Origin: Asticcacaulis sp.
Lineage (GTDB): Bacteria > Pseudomonadota > Alphaproteobacteria > Caulobacterales > Caulobacteraceae
Direction: 5' to 3'
DNA: 64,000 nucleotides
Assembly (NCBI RefSeq): GCF_027484505.1
Contig: NZ_JAIXSV010000133.1
Location: 2,284 to 66,283, forward strand
Positions 18,897 to 30,471 of this stretch are shown here, in pieces (the first letter of the stretch is position 1; each line of letters starts with the position of its first letter). The translations under genes were made by a program, and so were the position numbers. Below the pieces are notes generated by a model. The model did no database searches. It saw only the letters and a list, made by a program, of their open reading frames with translations, and was not told the DNA's origin.

Positions 18897-20245
18897 CTGC
18901 CGCGCGCTCCCCGCATTTTTGATTTCTTGATCAGGCCATCATACTGGTGCGCCAGCAGATGCGATTGAATCTGAGCCACCGTATCCATGGTCACGGTCAC
19001 GACGATCAGGATAGACGTACCGCCGAAATAGAAGCTGTTGCCCAGGTTCGAGATCAGGAATTCCGGCAGCAGACAGACGATGGTGATATAGGCCGCGCCG
19101 ATCACCGTGATGCGGGTCAGCACGAAGTCGAGGTATTCGGCCGTGCGCTTGCCCGGACGGATGCCCGGCAGGAAGCCGCCATACTTGCGCAGGTTTTCCG
19201 CCGTTTCGTCCGGATTGAAGACCAGCGAGGTGTAGAGGAAGCAGAAGAAGATGATCATGGCGGCATAGAGCGCCATAAAGATCGGTTGACCGTGCGTCAG
19301 TTGCGCCGTCACGCCGGGCAGCCACGACAGCCATTCCGGCACCTTGGACGGGTCCCGCGCCAGGAAGGCAGCGGCCGTGGTCGGCATCAGCAGCAGGGAC
19401 GAGGCAAAGATCGGCGGGATAACGCCCGCGGTGTTGACCTTCAGCGGCATGAAGGACGATTCGCCACCCATGACGCGGTTACCGACCTGACGCTTCGGAT
19501 ACTGCACCAGCAGACGACGCTGCGAGCGTTCCATGAAGACGATAAAGACGATGGCCGCGACCAGAACCAGCACGATCAGCAGCAGGACGCCAGCATTGAT
19601 CTGGCCTTCCTTGGCCAGCGCCAGCAGGTTGCCGATGGTGCGCGGCAGAACCGCGACGATACCCGCAAAGATAATCAGCGAGGTACCATTACCGACGCCG
19701 CGCGCCGTGATCTGCTCACCCAGCCACATCAGGAACAGGGTCCCGCCCGTCAGGGTGACGACCGAAGAAATGAGGAACATCGGCCCCGGATCGAGCGCCA
19801 GACCCGACGCCTGCATCCCGGCGGCGATGGAGAAGGATTGAACCAGCGCCAGAATGAGCGTCAGATAGCGGGTATACTGGTTGAGCTGCTTGCGGCCGGC
19901 TTCGCCGCCTTCCTTGCGCAGCTTTTCCCACGGTGCATAGACCGAACCCATCAGCTGAACGATGATCGACGCCGAAATATACGGCATGATGTTCAGGGCG
20001 AAAATCGCCATGCGCTCAACGGCACCGCCGGAGAACATGTTGAACATGCCCAGAATGCCCTGGGACTGGCCCGAAAAGGCCCGCTCGAACGCCGCCAGAT
20101 CGATGCCCGGAATGGGGATATAGGTCCCCAGACGATAGACGATCAGCGCGCCGAGAGTGAAGAGAAGACGCTTATGAAGCTCCGTCGCCTTGGCAAAGGC
20201 GCTGAAGTTCAGATTGGCCGCTAATTGTTCAGCCGCAGATGCCAT
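18893..20245 (-). CDS. secY: Preprotein translocase SecY
   Basis: FALNIMPYISASII, LKVNTAGVIPPIFA, IPGIRPG-like loop, FGGTSILIVV; start ATG 20245. Confidence 0.97.
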   Translation of the reverse strand: MASAAEQLAANLNFSAFAKATELHKRLLFTLGALIVYRLGTYIPIPGIDLAAFERAFSGQSQGILGMFNMFSGGAVERMAIFALNIMPYISASIIVQLMGSVYAPWEKLRKEGGEAGRKQLNQYTRYLTLILALVQSFSIAAGMQASGLALDPGPMFLISSVVTLTGGTLFLMWLGEQITARGVGNGTSLIIFAGIVAVLPRTIGNLLALAKEGQINAGVLLLIVLVLVAAIVFIVFMERSQRRLLVQYPKRQVGNRVMGGESSFMPLKVNTAGVIPPIFASSLLLMPTTAAAFLARDPSKVPEWLSWLPGVTAQLTHGQPIFMALYAAMIIFFCFLYTSLVFNPDETAENLRKYGGFLPGIRPGKRTAEYLDFVLTRITVIGAAYITIVCLLPEFLISNLGNSFYFGGTSILIVVTVTMDTVAQIQSHLLAHQYDGLIKKSKMRGARGR

Positions 20246-20377
20246 GAAAACCTCAAGTCGCGGACGAAACGCATGATTCCGTCCTGTCTGTACCACCCTT
20301 ACGGGCCCCGCAAGCCGTTGTCAAAGCGAGTGACCTCCGGCTTTGGTCGCATATGGGGAAGCGAAACCGAAAATGCC

Positions 20378-20405
20378 GCACCCTGATCCCGAAAGATCAG
20401 GGTGC
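20378..20405 (-). terminator. Stable hairpin between rplO and secY (terminator or processing site)
   Basis: gcaccctgatc/gatcagggtgc 11-bp stem. Confidence 0.5.
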
Positions 20406-20418
20406 GTGACATTTTGAC

Positions 20419-20898
20419 TTAGGCTTCGGTCTTGGCCGGACGCGCCTGAGCGACCGAACCGCCCGCAGCTTCGACCGCCTTGACCGCCGAAGCGGTGGCC
20501 GAATAGACCGACAGGCTCAGCTTGGCCGTCAGCTCGCCCTCGCCCAGCAGGCGCACGCCGTCGAGTTCACGACGGATAACACCAGCGGCCTTCAGAGCGG
20601 CGGCGTCGATGGTCGCGGAAGCGTCGAGCTTGCCCGCGTCCACAGCCTGTTGCAGACGCCACAGGTTGACTTCGGCGTATTCGGCGCGGTTGCGCTTGTT
20701 GAAGCCACGCTTCGGCATACGCATGTACAGCGGCATCTGACCGCCTTCGAAGCCCAGCAGCGACACGCCGGTACGCGACTTCTGGCCCTTTACACCGCGA
20801 CCGGACGTCTTGCCCTTGCCCGAACCGGGGCCACGGCCAACGCGCATACGGCCCTTGGTGGCGCCTTCATTGTCACGGATTTCATTCAGCTTGGTCAT
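20419..20898 (-). CDS. rplO: 50S ribosomal protein L15
   Basis: [32 protein letters not shown]. Confidence 0.98.
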   Translation of the reverse strand: MTKLNEIRDNEGATKGRMRVGRGPGSGKGKTSGRGVKGQKSRTGVSLLGFEGGQMPLYMRMPKRGFNKRNRAEYAEVNLWRLQQAVDAGKLDASATIDAAALKAAGVIRRELDGVRLLGEGELTAKLSLSVYSATASAVKAVEAAGGSVAQARPAKTEA

Positions 20899-20991
20899 CT
20901 GGGATGCCTTTCTTGATAAGATGCGCTGGCGCTAAGGCCAACTCGGCTGGAAAAACGGAAACCGTTAAGAAATACGGCTCTCATAAATAGC

Positions 20992-21029
20992 AAAACGCCC
21001 CGACACGGAGGCCGGGGCGTCTTTGTTTT
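20992..21029 (-). terminator. Terminator-like hairpin between rpmD and rplO
   Basis: acgccccg/cggggcgt stem with T-runs on both sides. Confidence 0.55.
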
Positions 21030-21046
21030 AATCTCGGCAGAGCCGC

Positions 21047-21223
21047 TTACTCAACGATCTCGATGAGGTGAGCGACCTTGGCGATCATACCGCGCACCGA
21101 AGGAGTATCCTCCAGAGTCGAGACACGGCCCATCTTGTTGAGACCGAGACCGGCGAGCGTGGCGCGCTGGTCCTTGGTGCGGCGGATGGGGCTGCCGGTT
21201 TGCTTGACAGTGACTTGAGCCAT
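21047..21223 (-). CDS. rpmD: 50S ribosomal protein L30 (below the ORF-track length cutoff)
   Basis: Manual translation [58 protein letters not shown]; position after rpsE. Confidence 0.96.
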   Translation of the reverse strand: MAQVTVKQTGSPIRRTKDQRATLAGLGLNKMGRVSTLEDTPSVRGMIAKVAHLIEIVE

Positions 21224-21228
21224 GATGA

Positions 21229-21804
21229 TTAGCCCTCGATCGATTCAGGCGACGAAGCGCCATCGTTGCGACGCGTCAGGATGTCGCCAACCTTCTTACC
21301 GCGCTTGGCGGCGATCTGACGGGGCGAAGACTGCACCTTCAGAGCTTCGAAGGTGGCGCGCACCATGTTGTAGGGGTTCGACGAACCGAGCGACTTGCCC
21401 ACGACGTCAGAGACGCCCAGGGTTTCGAGCACGGCACGCATCGGACCACCCGCGATCACGCCGGTGCCCGGAGGGGCCGCGCGGAGCTGGATCTTGCCGG
21501 CGCCCCAACGGCCGTAACCGTCGTGGTGCAGGGTGCGGGATTCGCGCAGCGGGATGCGAACCATCGACTTCTTGGCTTCTTCGGTCGCCTTGCGGATGGC
21601 TTCCGGCACTTCGCGCGCCTTGCCATGACCGAAGCCGACGCGGCCCTTTTGGTCACCAACGACCATCAGAGCAGCGAAGCTGAAGCGACGGCCACCCTTC
21701 ACGGTGGCGGCGACGCGGTTGATGTGAACGAGCTTTTCGACAAACTCCGAAGGTTCTTCGGTGCGTTCGCGACGATCGTTGCGGTTTTCGCTGGGACGAG
21801 CCAT
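21229..21804 (-). CDS. rpsE: 30S ribosomal protein S5
   Basis: [25 protein letters not shown]. Confidence 0.98.
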   Translation of the reverse strand: MARPSENRNDRRERTEEPSEFVEKLVHINRVAATVKGGRRFSFAALMVVGDQKGRVGFGHGKAREVPEAIRKATEEAKKSMVRIPLRESRTLHHDGYGRWGAGKIQLRAAPPGTGVIAGGPMRAVLETLGVSDVVGKSLGSSNPYNMVRATFEALKVQSSPRQIAAKRGKKVGDILTRRNDGASSPESIEG

Positions 21805-21816
21805 TGAACGTACCCC

Positions 21817-22170
21817 TTAGAAGTTGAGACCGGCTTCGCGCGCGGCATCTGCCAACGCCTTCACCCGGCCGTGATAGATGTAACCGCCGCGGTCAAAGAC
21901 AACGTCCTTGATACCGGCCTCAATGGCGCGCTGGGCGACCAGCTTACCCACTTCGGTGGCGGAGGCGGCGTTCGATCCACGCTTGGCAGCCGTTTCGAGC
22001 GACGAAGCGGCTGCAACGGTGACGCCCTTCGCATCGTCGATGACCTGAGCGTAGATGTTCTTATCCGAACGGAAGACCGACAGACGCGGGCGGCCGTTGG
22101 AGAGGCTCTTGAGGCGGGTGCGGTTGCGTTGCGCCCGACGAGCCATTTGTTCACGAGGAGAGAGAGCCAT
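21817..22170 (-). CDS. rplR: 50S ribosomal protein L18
   Basis: [30 protein letters not shown]. Confidence 0.98.
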   Translation of the reverse strand: MALSPREQMARRAQRNRTRLKSLSNGRPRLSVFRSDKNIYAQVIDDAKGVTVAAASSLETAAKRGSNAASATEVGKLVAQRAIEAGIKDVVFDRGGYIYHGRVKALADAAREAGLNF

Positions 22171-22173
22171 GGC

Positions 22174-22707
22174 TTACTTCTTCTTCCCTTCCTTGCGGCG
22201 AACCTTCTCGCCGGCGTAACGGACACCCTTGGCCTTGTACGGCTCAGGCGGACGAATCTTGCGGATCTTGGCGGCGAGTTCGCCGACGACCTGCTTGTCG
22301 ATGCCCTGGATCTTGATTTCAGTCTGCTTCGGCACGACGAAGGTGACGCCGGCAGGCGGAGCCACTTCGACCGGGTGCGAGAAGCCGAGCGACAGTTCGA
22401 GGTTGTTGCCCTTCATGGCGGCGCGGTAACCAACGCCGACCAGTTCCAGGTTCGACTCGAAGCCCTCGGTCACGCCCTTCACCATGTTGGCGATGAGCGT
22501 GCGCGACAGACCCCACATCGCACGGTGGCGAGCGGTTTCGCCACGCGGGGCGACCGACAGGTTGTCGGCTTCGTGCGTGACTTCGATTTCTTCAACCACG
22601 GTCCAGTTGAGCTGGCCCTTGGGCCCCTTAACCGTGATGGCCTGACCGACGAGCGTGATGGTCACGCCCTTCGGTACAGCAATGGCCTTTTTCCCAATAC
22701 GAGACAT
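22174..22707 (-). CDS. rplF: 50S ribosomal protein L6
   Basis: [26 protein letters not shown]. Confidence 0.98.
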   Translation of the reverse strand: MSRIGKKAIAVPKGVTITLVGQAITVKGPKGQLNWTVVEEIEVTHEADNLSVAPRGETARHRAMWGLSRTLIANMVKGVTEGFESNLELVGVGYRAAMKGNNLELSLGFSHPVEVAPPAGVTFVVPKQTEIKIQGIDKQVVGELAAKIRKIRPPEPYKAKGVRYAGEKVRRKEGKKK

Positions 22708-22744
22708 TATGTGTTCCTATGGTCTTAAGTAAGTCCCGCCGGTC

Positions 22745-23143
22745 TTAGTAGACGCGGCAGAGGACTTCGCCACCGACGTTCAGTTCGCGGGCAGCGGTGT
22801 CAGACAGGACGCCCTTGGGCGTGGACAGGATCGCGATGCCAAGGCCGTTTTTGATCGGCTTCAGATCTTTGATCGACGAATAGACGCGACGGCCGGGCTT
22901 GGACACGCGGGCGATTTCCGCGATGACCGGCTGACCATCGAAGTACTTCAGTTCGATTTCAAACTGCGGGAATTCACCCGGCACTTCGAGCAGCTCGTAA
23001 CCGCGGATATAGCCTTCGTCCTTAAGGACGTCGAGCACGCGGGCGCGCAGCTTGGACGCGGGGGTGAGCACCTTGGAACGGCTGCGCTGGGCGGCGTTCT
23101 TGATGCGGGCGATCATATCGCTCAGGGGATCAGAGATGAACAT
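22745..23143 (-). CDS. rpsH: 30S ribosomal protein S8
   Basis: [27 protein letters not shown]. Confidence 0.98.
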   Translation of the reverse strand: MFISDPLSDMIARIKNAAQRSRSKVLTPASKLRARVLDVLKDEGYIRGYELLEVPGEFPQFEIELKYFDGQPVIAEIARVSKPGRRVYSSIKDLKPIKNGLGIAILSTPKGVLSDTAARELNVGGEVLCRVY

Positions 23144-23159
23144 GTTGTGTGATCTTCCC

Positions 23160-23465
23160 TTACCAGCTGGCCTTGGTCATGCCGGGGATCTGGCCTTCAT
23201 TGGCCAGCTTGCGCAGGCTGACGCGGCTCATCTTGAGCTTGCGATAGAAGGCGCGCGGACGTCCGGTGACTTCGCAGCGGTTGCGGATGCGGGTGGGCGC
23301 CGAGTTGCGGGGCAGCTTGGCGAGGGCGAGGCGAGCTTCGAAGCGCTCTTCCAGCGGAAGGGATTCGTCAACAGCCGCAGCCTTGAGCGCAGCGCGCTTG
23401 GCAGCGTATTTGTCAACGAGCTTCTTGACCATCTCGTTACGGTTTACAGCCGATTTCTTAGCCAT
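23160..23465 (-). CDS. rpsN: 30S ribosomal protein S14 (zinc-free type)
   Basis: [31 protein letters not shown]. Confidence 0.98.
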   Translation of the reverse strand: MAKKSAVNRNEMVKKLVDKYAAKRAALKAAAVDESLPLEERFEARLALAKLPRNSAPTRIRNRCEVTGRPRAFYRKLKMSRVSLRKLANEGQIPGMTKASW

Positions 23466-23483
23466 TGTTCTGTACCTTTCCCC

Positions 23484-24041
23484 TTACGAAACGAACGGGA
23501 ACTGGAAGTGCTTCAGGAGAGCCTTGGCTTCCTTGTCGCTCTTCGCCGTGGTGCAGACAACAATGTCCATGCCCCACATCTGGTCGATCTGATCGTAGTT
23601 GATTTCCGGGAACACGATGTGTTCCTTCAGGCCCATGGCGTAGTTGCCACGACCGTCGAAGGAGTTACCGTTCAGGCCGCGGAAGTCCTTCACGCGCGGC
23701 AGCGCGATCGTGATCAGGCGGTCCAGGAATTCATACATACGGTGCTTGCGCAGCGTTACCTTGGCGCCGATCACCATGCCTTCGCGCAGCTTGAAGCCGG
23801 CGATAGACTTACGGGCCTTGGTTTCAGCCGGCTTCTGACCGGTGATAGCGGCCAGGTCCGCAATCGCGGCCTTGACCTTCTTGGAGTCGGCAACGGCTTC
23901 GCCGATACCCATGTTCACGACGATCTTGTCGAGCTTGGGGACCTGCATTTCGTTGGTGTAGCCGAACTCTTCCTTCAGCGCCGCGCGGATCTTTTCCAGA
24001 TAAACGGCCTTGAGGCGCGGGGTATAAGCTTGATCAGCCAT
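23484..24041 (-). CDS. rplE: 50S ribosomal protein L5
   Basis: [22 protein letters not shown]; true start ATG 24041 ([11 protein letters not shown]). Confidence 0.97.
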   Translation of the reverse strand: MADQAYTPRLKAVYLEKIRAALKEEFGYTNEMQVPKLDKIVVNMGIGEAVADSKKVKAAIADLAAITGQKPAETKARKSIAGFKLREGMVIGAKVTLRKHRMYEFLDRLITIALPRVKDFRGLNGNSFDGRGNYAMGLKEHIVFPEINYDQIDQMWGMDIVVCTTAKSDKEAKALLKHFQFPFVS

Positions 24042-24348
24042 TGATGACCTCACCGGTGCTCTTGGCGAAGCGCACCTTCTTGTCGCCTTCGACGCGGAAA
24101 CCGACGCGGGTCGGCTTGCCATTGGCATCAGCCACGGCGACGTTCGAAAGGTGAAGCGAGGCTTCTTTGTTGATGATGCCGCCTTGCGGGTTCGTTTGCG
24201 AAGCGCGCGTGTGGCGCTGAACAACGTTGATACCCTGAACGACGACGCGGTTCTCGGTCGGGAGAACCTTCAGGACGGTGCCGGTGCGGCCCTTGTCCTT
24301 GCCTGTCAGGACGACGACCTTGTCGCCCTTCTTAACCTTCGCAGCCAT
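24034..24348 (-). CDS. rplX: 50S ribosomal protein L24
   Basis: [20 protein letters not shown] motif. Confidence 0.98.
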   Translation of the reverse strand: MAAKVKKGDKVVVLTGKDKGRTGTVLKVLPTENRVVVQGINVVQRHTRASQTNPQGGIINKEASLHLSNVAVADANGKPTRVGFRVEGDKKVRFAKSTGEVING

Positions 24349-24716
24349 TAGAGGACCTCCGGCGCCAGCGAGATGATCTTCATGTGGTTCTTGGCGCGCA
24401 GCTCGCGCGGAACCGGCCCGAAGATACGGGTGCCGATGGGCTCGCCCGACTTGTTCACGATCACAGCGGCGTTGGTGTCGAAACGGATAACCGAACCGTC
24501 CTTGCGCTGGATGTCTTTCGAGGTGCGCACGACGATGGCGCGCAGAACGTCACCCTTCTTCACGCGGCCACGGGGGATCGCTTCCTTAACCGAGACGACG
24601 ATCAGGTCACCCACCGAGGCGTAACGGCGCTTGGAGCCGCCCAACACCTTGATGCACATGACCCGGCGCGCGCCCGAATTATCGGCAACGTCCAGATTAG
24701 TTTGCATCTGAATCAT
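24348..24716 (-). CDS. rplN: 50S ribosomal protein L14
   Basis: [16 protein letters not shown]...SLAPEVL. Confidence 0.98.
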   Translation of the reverse strand: MIQMQTNLDVADNSGARRVMCIKVLGGSKRRYASVGDLIVVSVKEAIPRGRVKKGDVLRAIVVRTSKDIQRKDGSVIRFDTNAAVIVNKSGEPIGTRIFGPVPRELRAKNHMKIISLAPEVL

Positions 24717-24965
24717 AATTCAAACTTTCCAAAATCTCGCGAAAGGCCCCCACCCTTTCGGGTGCAGACTTCCGCGAAGACGACTGAGGATTCCGAGGAA
24801 GCGGGCCTTAAACCCTATTTCCTCCGAATAAGCAAACAGAAAAATGCTCAACGAAGCCGTTCCGCCCGTTTGGGGTGGAGGTTCCGTGAGCATGTCTCCG
24901 GTTCAACGTCTGCGAAGGGTATTCCGCAAAATCCCGAAGGCAGGCGGAACCGGATCACAAATGTC

Positions 24966-25009
24966 AAAAGACCGAAACCCGGACGGCTCTAAACAGCCCT
25001 CCGGGTCTC
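24966..25009 (-). terminator. Terminator after rpsQ (end of S10 operon)
   Basis: gagacccgga/tccgggtttc stem (G-U pair on the minus strand) followed by ggtctttt. Confidence 0.6.
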
Positions 25010-25016
25010 TGATGTC

Positions 25017-25256
25017 TTAGGCTGCATCCTTGGGAAGCACTTCCCAGGTCTTCAGCTTGGACTTCGGCGCGCACTCGATGATACGAGCGACTTCGCCAGC
25101 CTTGTAGGTGTTGTTCTCATCGTGAGCGTGGTAGCGCTTCGAAACGCGAACCGGCTTCTTCAGAACCGGGTGCAGAACGGTACGCTCGACCTTCACGACG
25201 ATGGTCTTGTTGCCCTTGTCAGAAACAACCAGACCTTCAAGAATGCGCTTGGGCAT
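25017..25256 (-). CDS. rpsQ: 30S ribosomal protein S17
   Basis: [21 protein letters not shown]. Confidence 0.97.
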   Translation of the reverse strand: MPKRILEGLVVSDKGNKTIVVKVERTVLHPVLKKPVRVSKRYHAHDENNTYKAGEVARIIECAPKSKLKTWEVLPKDAA

Positions 25257-25267
25257 GGTCTATTCCT

Positions 25268-25462
25268 TTAGGCAGACTTCTGAGTGGTCAGAAGCGACTT
25301 GATGCGCGCGATGTCCTTGCGGACTTCGTTCACACGGTGGGTCTTCTCCAGCTGGCCAGTGGCCTTCTGGAAACGAAGGTTGAACTGTTCCTTCTTGAGG
25401 TTCAGCAGTTCTTCCTGAAGCTGATCGGGGGTCTTGCCCCGCAGGTCGGCAATCTTGGTCAT
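25268..25462 (-). CDS. rpmC: 50S ribosomal protein L29
   Basis: [27 protein letters not shown]. Confidence 0.97.
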   Translation of the reverse strand: MTKIADLRGKTPDQLQEELLNLKKEQFNLRFQKATGQLEKTHRVNEVRKDIARIKSLLTTQKSA

Positions 25463-25467
25463 GGTCC

Positions 25468-25896
25468 TTACTCCGCCGCAATGCCGGCGTCGAGACGGGT
25501 CACGACGCGGGTACGAACCGGCAGCTTGGCCGCGCCGAGGCGCAGAGCTTCACGGGCGATGTCGTCCGCGACGCCGTCGATTTCAAACAGGATACGGCCG
25601 GGGGCCACGCGGGCCGCCCAGTAATCCACGGAACCCTTACCGGAACCCATCCGGACTTCGGCGGGCTTGCCCGTCACGGGCAGGTCCGGGAAGATACGAA
25701 TCCAGACGCGGCCCTGACGCTTCATTTGACGCGTGATGGCCCGACGGGCGGCTTCGATCTGACGGGCGGTCAGGCGCTCAGGCTCGACCGTCTTCAGACC
25801 ATAGGAACCAAAGTTCAGCGTGTAGCCGCCCTTGGCATTACCGTGGATGCGGCCCTTGAAGGCCTTACGGTATTTTGTGCGCTTAGGAAGCAGCAT
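25468..25896 (-). CDS. rplP: 50S ribosomal protein L16
   Basis: [20 protein letters not shown]. Confidence 0.98.
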   Translation of the reverse strand: MLLPKRTKYRKAFKGRIHGNAKGGYTLNFGSYGLKTVEPERLTARQIEAARRAITRQMKRQGRVWIRIFPDLPVTGKPAEVRMGSGKGSVDYWAARVAPGRILFEIDGVADDIAREALRLGAAKLPVRTRVVTRLDAGIAAE

Positions 25897-25901
25897 AGCG
25901 A

Positions 25902-26657
25902 TCAGGCCTCCTTATTGTTGCGATCGCGGCGCGGGCCACGGTTGTTACGCTCACCGCGCTCCGGACGCTCGTTCGACGACGGGCCCGAGGCTTCCTGCGA
26001 CCAGCGCTTGTCCTGGGCCATCGGATCGTGCTCAAGGACTTCGCCCTTGAAGATCCACACCTTGACGCCGATGATGCCGTAGGTGGTCAGGGCTTCGGCA
26101 AAGCCGAAGTCGATGTCCGCACGCAGGGTGTGCAGCGGAACGCGACCTTCACGGTACCATTCCATACGGGCGATTTCCGCCCCGCCGAGACGACCCGACA
26201 GGTTCATACGGATGCCCTTGGCGCCCAGACGCATGGCCGACTGGATCGAACGCTTCATGGCGCGGCGGAAGGCCACGCGGCGCTCCAGCTGCTGAGCGAT
26301 GGATTCGGCGACCAGTTGCGAATCGACTTCCGGCTTGCGGACTTCGACCAGGTTCAGGAACACTTCGCCTTCGGTGAGGGCCGAGATGTCCTTACGCAGC
26401 TTGTCGATGTCGGCACCCTTCTTGCCGATCACCACGCCCGGACGGGCGGCATAGATGGTGATGCGGCACTTCTTGTGCGGACGCTCGATGATGATGCGCG
26501 ACACGCCGGCGGCGTTCAGCTTTTCCTTCAGTTCCTTACGGATCTTCAGGTCCTGGTGCAGCAGCTTCGCATATTCCTGACGGGCGGCGAACCAGCGCGA
26601 GTCCCAGGTACGGTTGACGCCAAGGCGCAGACCGATCGGATTGACTTTCTGACCCAT
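25902..26657 (-). CDS. rpsC: 30S ribosomal protein S3
   Basis: [33 protein letters not shown]. Confidence 0.98.
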   Translation of the reverse strand: MGQKVNPIGLRLGVNRTWDSRWFAARQEYAKLLHQDLKIRKELKEKLNAAGVSRIIIERPHKKCRITIYAARPGVVIGKKGADIDKLRKDISALTEGEVFLNLVEVRKPEVDSQLVAESIAQQLERRVAFRRAMKRSIQSAMRLGAKGIRMNLSGRLGGAEIARMEWYREGRVPLHTLRADIDFGFAEALTTYGIIGVKVWIFKGEVLEHDPMAQDKRWSQEASGPSSNERPERGERNNRGPRRDRNNKEA

Positions 26658-27040
26658 TAGGCAGCCTCTTGACCAAGTTCACGGACGACGATGGTCAGTT
26701 CCGAGAAGGGCTTCAGGATACGCGACGAGCGACCGCGGGCGCGGGACGCAAAGCGCTTCATGACGATGTTCTTGCCCACATAGGCCTCGGCGACAAACAG
26801 GTTGTCGATGTCGAGGTTGTGGTTGTTTTCGGCGTTGGAGATCGCCGAATACAGGGCCTTGCGAACGTCGCCGGCGATGCGCTTATGCGAGAACTCAAGC
26901 TCGTTGAGCGCGCGCTGGACCTTCAGGCCGCGGATCGACTGGGCCACCAGGTTCAGCTTGTAAGGGCTGATGCGGATGGAGACCAGCTTGGCGCGGGCTT
27001 CGGTCGGCTTTACGCGGCGAGGATTGGACGTTTGCGACAT
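26657..27040 (-). CDS. rplV: 50S ribosomal protein L22
   Basis: [25 protein letters not shown]. Confidence 0.97.
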   Translation of the reverse strand: MSQTSNPRRVKPTEARAKLVSIRISPYKLNLVAQSIRGLKVQRALNELEFSHKRIAGDVRKALYSAISNAENNHNLDIDNLFVAEAYVGKNIVMKRFASRARGRSSRILKPFSELTIVVRELGQEAA

Positions 27041-27043
27041 GGC

Positions 27044-27322
27044 TTACTTCCTCTTCGCCTTCTTGTCAGCGGCGTGACCCGGGAAGTTCCGCGTAGGCGA
27101 AAATTCACCGAGCTTCATGCCGACCATGTCTTCCGACACCAGCACCGGCACGTGCTTCTGACCGTTATAAACACCAAAGGTGAGCCCCACAAACTGGGGC
27201 ATGATGACAGAGCGGCGCGACCACGTCTTGATGACGTCCTTGCGACCGCCGGCCTGAGCCGCTTCCGCCTTCTTAAGAAGGTGGCCATCGACAAAGGGAC
27301 CTTTCCATACGGAGCGAGCCAT
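27044..27322 (-). CDS. rpsS: 30S ribosomal protein S19
   Basis: [30 protein letters not shown]. Confidence 0.98.
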   Translation of the reverse strand: MARSVWKGPFVDGHLLKKAEAAQAGGRKDVIKTWSRRSVIMPQFVGLTFGVYNGQKHVPVLVSEDMVGMKLGEFSPTRNFPGHAADKKAKRK

Positions 27323-27325
27323 GGA

Positions 27326-28162
27326 TTAGCGAGCCTTCTTGAGGTGACGCGAGCGGATGATGAACTTATCCGTCGCTTTGTTGGTACGGGTCTTGCGGCC
27401 CTTGGTGGGCTTGCCCCACGGGGTGACCGGGTTACGACCGCCCGAGGTGCGGCCTTCACCACCACCGTGCGGGTGGTCGATCGGGTTCATGGCCACACCA
27501 CGAACGTGCGGACGCCAGCCCTTGTGACGGGCGCGACCAGCCTTACCCAGGCTTTCGTTCATGTGGTCCGGGTTGGACACGGCACCGACGGTGGCCATGC
27601 AGGTGTCGAGCACCATGCGCAGTTCACCCGAACCCAGACGGATCTGGGCGTAACCGGCGTCACGGCCAACGAGCTGGGCATAGGCCCCAGCCGAACGGGC
27701 CAGCTGACCACCCTTCATGGGCTTCAGCTCGACATTGTGGATGATCGTACCGACCGGCAGCGAACGCAGCGGCGCGGCGTTACCCGGCTTCACGTCCACC
27801 TTTTCCGAGGCGATGATGGTGTCACCGGCCTTGAGGCGTTGCGGGGCCAGGATATAGGCCTTTTCGCCGTCGGCATAGTTGATCAGCGCGATGAAGGCGG
27901 TGCGGTTCGGGTCATACTCCAGACGCTCCACCGTACCGGCCACGTCGAACTTGCGACGCTTGAAGTCGATGATGCGATAGAGCTTCTTGGCGCCGCCGCC
28001 ACGGAAGCGGACGGCCACGCGACCGCCGGCACCACGGCCGCCGGACTTGGTGAGACCTTCGACCAGAGCCTTCTCAGGACGGCCCTTGTGCAGCTCGGAA
28101 CGGTCAACGAGAACCAGTTCGCGACGACCGGGCGAGGTGGGGTTGAATTGCTTCAAAGCCAT
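27326..28162 (-). CDS. rplB: 50S ribosomal protein L2
   Basis: [29 protein letters not shown]. Confidence 0.98.
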   Translation of the reverse strand: MALKQFNPTSPGRRELVLVDRSELHKGRPEKALVEGLTKSGGRGAGGRVAVRFRGGGAKKLYRIIDFKRRKFDVAGTVERLEYDPNRTAFIALINYADGEKAYILAPQRLKAGDTIIASEKVDVKPGNAAPLRSLPVGTIIHNVELKPMKGGQLARSAGAYAQLVGRDAGYAQIRLGSGELRMVLDTCMATVGAVSNPDHMNESLGKAGRARHKGWRPHVRGVAMNPIDHPHGGGEGRTSGGRNPVTPWGKPTKGRKTRTNKATDKFIIRSRHLKKAR

Positions 28163-28177
28163 TGTTCAATCCTCTCC

Positions 28178-28474
28178 TTACAGACCGGTGGTGATGTCGA
28201 TGGATTGGCCCTCTTCGAGGGTGACAATCGCCTTCTTGACATCGTTGCGACGGCCCATGATGCCCTTGAAGCGCTTGGTCTTGCCCTTCGTGACAACCGT
28301 GTTCACCTTGACGACCTTGACGTTGAAGAGGGCTTCAACGGCCGAGGCGATCTCATCCTTCGAGGAGTCGAGCGACACCTTGAAGACCACCTTGTTCTGT
28401 TCAGACAGAACGGTCGCCTTTTCGGTGATGTGCGGCGCCAGGATGACGTCGTAATTGCGGATAGTAGCAGCCAT
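28178..28474 (-). CDS. rplW: 50S ribosomal protein L23
   Basis: [15 protein letters not shown]. Confidence 0.97.
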   Translation of the reverse strand: MAATIRNYDVILAPHITEKATVLSEQNKVVFKVSLDSSKDEIASAVEALFNVKVVKVNTVVTKGKTKRFKGIMGRRNDVKKAIVTLEEGQSIDITTGL

Positions 28475-28477
28475 AAC

Positions 28478-29110
28478 TTAGGCCTCCACTTTGAAGCGGG
28501 CTTCGATCGCTTCCACCGCCGACTTCGTCAGAACCAGCGTGTGGCGGCGCAGAACGTCATAAACGTTCAGACCAGCCGACGGCAGGACGTCGATGTTCGG
28601 GATGTTGCGCGAAGCAAGCGCGAAGTTGGTGTCAACTTCCGGGCCCGCGATGATGAGAGCGTTCTTCAGGCCCAGCGTTTCGAACTTGGCACGAAGCGCG
28701 GCGGTCTTGGCCGAGTCGAGCGTGGCCTGATCGAGGACGATCAGCGCACCGGCCTTGGCCTTCGAGGACAGGGCGTGACGCAGACCCAGAGCGCGGACCT
28801 TCTTTTGCAGGTCGAAGGCGTGCGAGCGAACGACCGGACCGAAGGCGCGCGAGCCGCCGACGAATTGCGGCGCACGGCGCGAACCGTGACGAGCGCCGCC
28901 GGAGCCCTTCTGCTTGTACATCTTCTTACCCGTGCGAGAATTCTCGTTGCGGGTCTGAACCTTGTGCGTACCGGCGCGGCGCTTGGCCAGTTGCCAGTTG
29001 ACGACGCGGGCCAGGATGTCGTTGCGGATCTCTTCGAGGCCGAAAACGGCGTCAGAGACGTCAACCGAACCGGCCGTGCCGTTGTCGAGAGTGATAACGT
29101 CGAGTTTCAT
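28478..29110 (-). CDS. rplD: 50S ribosomal protein L4
   Basis: [20 protein letters not shown]. Confidence 0.98.
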   Translation of the reverse strand: MKLDVITLDNGTAGSVDVSDAVFGLEEIRNDILARVVNWQLAKRRAGTHKVQTRNENSRTGKKMYKQKGSGGARHGSRRAPQFVGGSRAFGPVVRSHAFDLQKKVRALGLRHALSSKAKAGALIVLDQATLDSAKTAALRAKFETLGLKNALIIAGPEVDTNFALASRNIPNIDVLPSAGLNVYDVLRRHTLVLTKSAVEAIEARFKVEA

Positions 29111-29112
29111 GA

Positions 29113-29844
29113 TTATTCAGCACCCTCTTCTTGAGCGGGCGCTTCCTCAGCTTGAGCCGGAGCGGCAGCCGCCTTCTTGAGGCCGGCCGGGAACGGCAGA
29201 GCCTGCGGGGCCGACTTCTTCACGGCGTCGCGGATCTTGACGAACGAGCCTTCCGCACCGGGCACAGCGCCACGGATGAAGATCAGGCCGCGCTCGGCGT
29301 CGATGCGAACGACTTCGAGGTTGAGCGTCGTGACGGTTTCCACACCATAGTGACCAGCCATCTTCTTGCCGGGGAAGGTGCGGCCCGGATCCTGACGGTT
29401 ACCCGTCGAACCGTGGGCGCGGTGCGAGACCGACACACCGTGGGTGGCGCGCATACCGCCGAAGTTCCAGCGCTTCATGGCACCGGCAAAACCCTTACCG
29501 ATGGTCGTGCCCTGAATGTCAACGCGCTGACCTTCGACGAAGTGATCGGCCGAAAATTCAGCGCCGACTTCGACGAGGGCGTCTTCGGAGACGCGGAACT
29601 CAGACAGGATGGCCTTGGGCTCAACCTGAGCCTTGGCGAAGCGTTCACGCTCAGGCTTGGAAACGTTCTTGGCCTTGCGGGTGCCGGCACCCAGTTGCAG
29701 GGCGGTGTAGCCGTCCTTGTCCTTCGTGCGCTGGGCCACAACCTGGCAGCCTTCGAGCGAAAGGACGGTGACGGGGACGTGCTGGCCTTGCGCGTCGAAA
29801 TAACGCGTCATGCCGAGCTTTTTGGCGAGGAGACCTGTTCTCAT
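29113..29844 (-). CDS. rplC: 50S ribosomal protein L3
   Basis: [37 protein letters not shown]. Confidence 0.98.
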   Translation of the reverse strand: MRTGLLAKKLGMTRYFDAQGQHVPVTVLSLEGCQVVAQRTKDKDGYTALQLGAGTRKAKNVSKPERERFAKAQVEPKAILSEFRVSEDALVEVGAEFSADHFVEGQRVDIQGTTIGKGFAGAMKRWNFGGMRATHGVSVSHRAHGSTGNRQDPGRTFPGKKMAGHYGVETVTTLNLEVVRIDAERGLIFIRGAVPGAEGSFVKIRDAVKKSAPQALPFPAGLKKAAAAPAQAEEAPAQEEGAE

Positions 29845-29855
29845 GACCGGGCCCC

Positions 29856-30164
29856 TTAAATCTTGATCTCGACGTCCACACCGGCGGACAGGTCGAGCTT
29901 CATCAGCGCGTCAACGGTCTGCGGGGTGGGATCGACGATGTCCAGCACGCGCTTGTGCGTGCGGATTTCGAACTGTTCACGGGACTTCTTATCGACGTGC
30001 GGCGAACGGTTCACGGTGAAGCGCTCAATCAGCGTCGGCAGGGGGATCGGCCCCCGGACGGTAGCACCGGTGCGCTTGGCCGTGTTCACGATTTCACGTG
30101 TGGAATGGTCCAGCACGCGGTGATCGAAGGCCTTGAGCCTGATGCGGATATTCTGACGATCCAT
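29856..30164 (-). CDS. rpsJ: 30S ribosomal protein S10
   Basis: [14 protein letters not shown]...[14 protein letters not shown]; true start ATG 30164. Confidence 0.98.
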   Translation of the reverse strand: MDRQNIRIRLKAFDHRVLDHSTREIVNTAKRTGATVRGPIPLPTLIERFTVNRSPHVDKKSREQFEIRTHKRVLDIVDPTPQTVDALMKLDLSAGVDVEIKI

Positions 30165-30415
30165 ATCGCTCTTATTCCAAGTTAAGGGGTTGCGTATCCC
30201 GCGTCCGTTGAACCATTTCAAAGACCAGCTTCGATCCCGGAACAGAGACCGACGCGTTATCCGCAAAAACAAAGCCGCGCAGCGTGAGCTGCGTGGCCAT
30301 TCGGAAAGTCTGGAAGCGTCACCTTATATATAAAGACGAGGCCGCCGACTTAATTTCGTAATATGCGGACCGCGTATGAAGCGTGAACCTCACGGCCGAT
30401 CCAACAGAGGTGGCG

Positions 30416-30444
30416 TATATGCCGAAGGAGTCGCCCCGCGTCAA
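30416..30444 (-). promoter_or_regulatory. Sigma70-like promoter of the S10 operon
   Basis: TTGACG-N17-CATATA about 250 nt upstream of rpsJ. Confidence 0.5.
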
Positions 30445-30471
30445 CCCCTGCAACTATAATTCTTTGCGAGT

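Noticed and set aside
26669-29134. 821-aa plus-strand ORF, and similar long antisense ORFs (34112-36268, 37379-39283, 32777-34012, 18947-20224, 61805-63427)
   Set aside because: They mirror highly expressed GC-biased genes on the opposite strand, where the complementary frame lacks stops, and show no recognisable domains.
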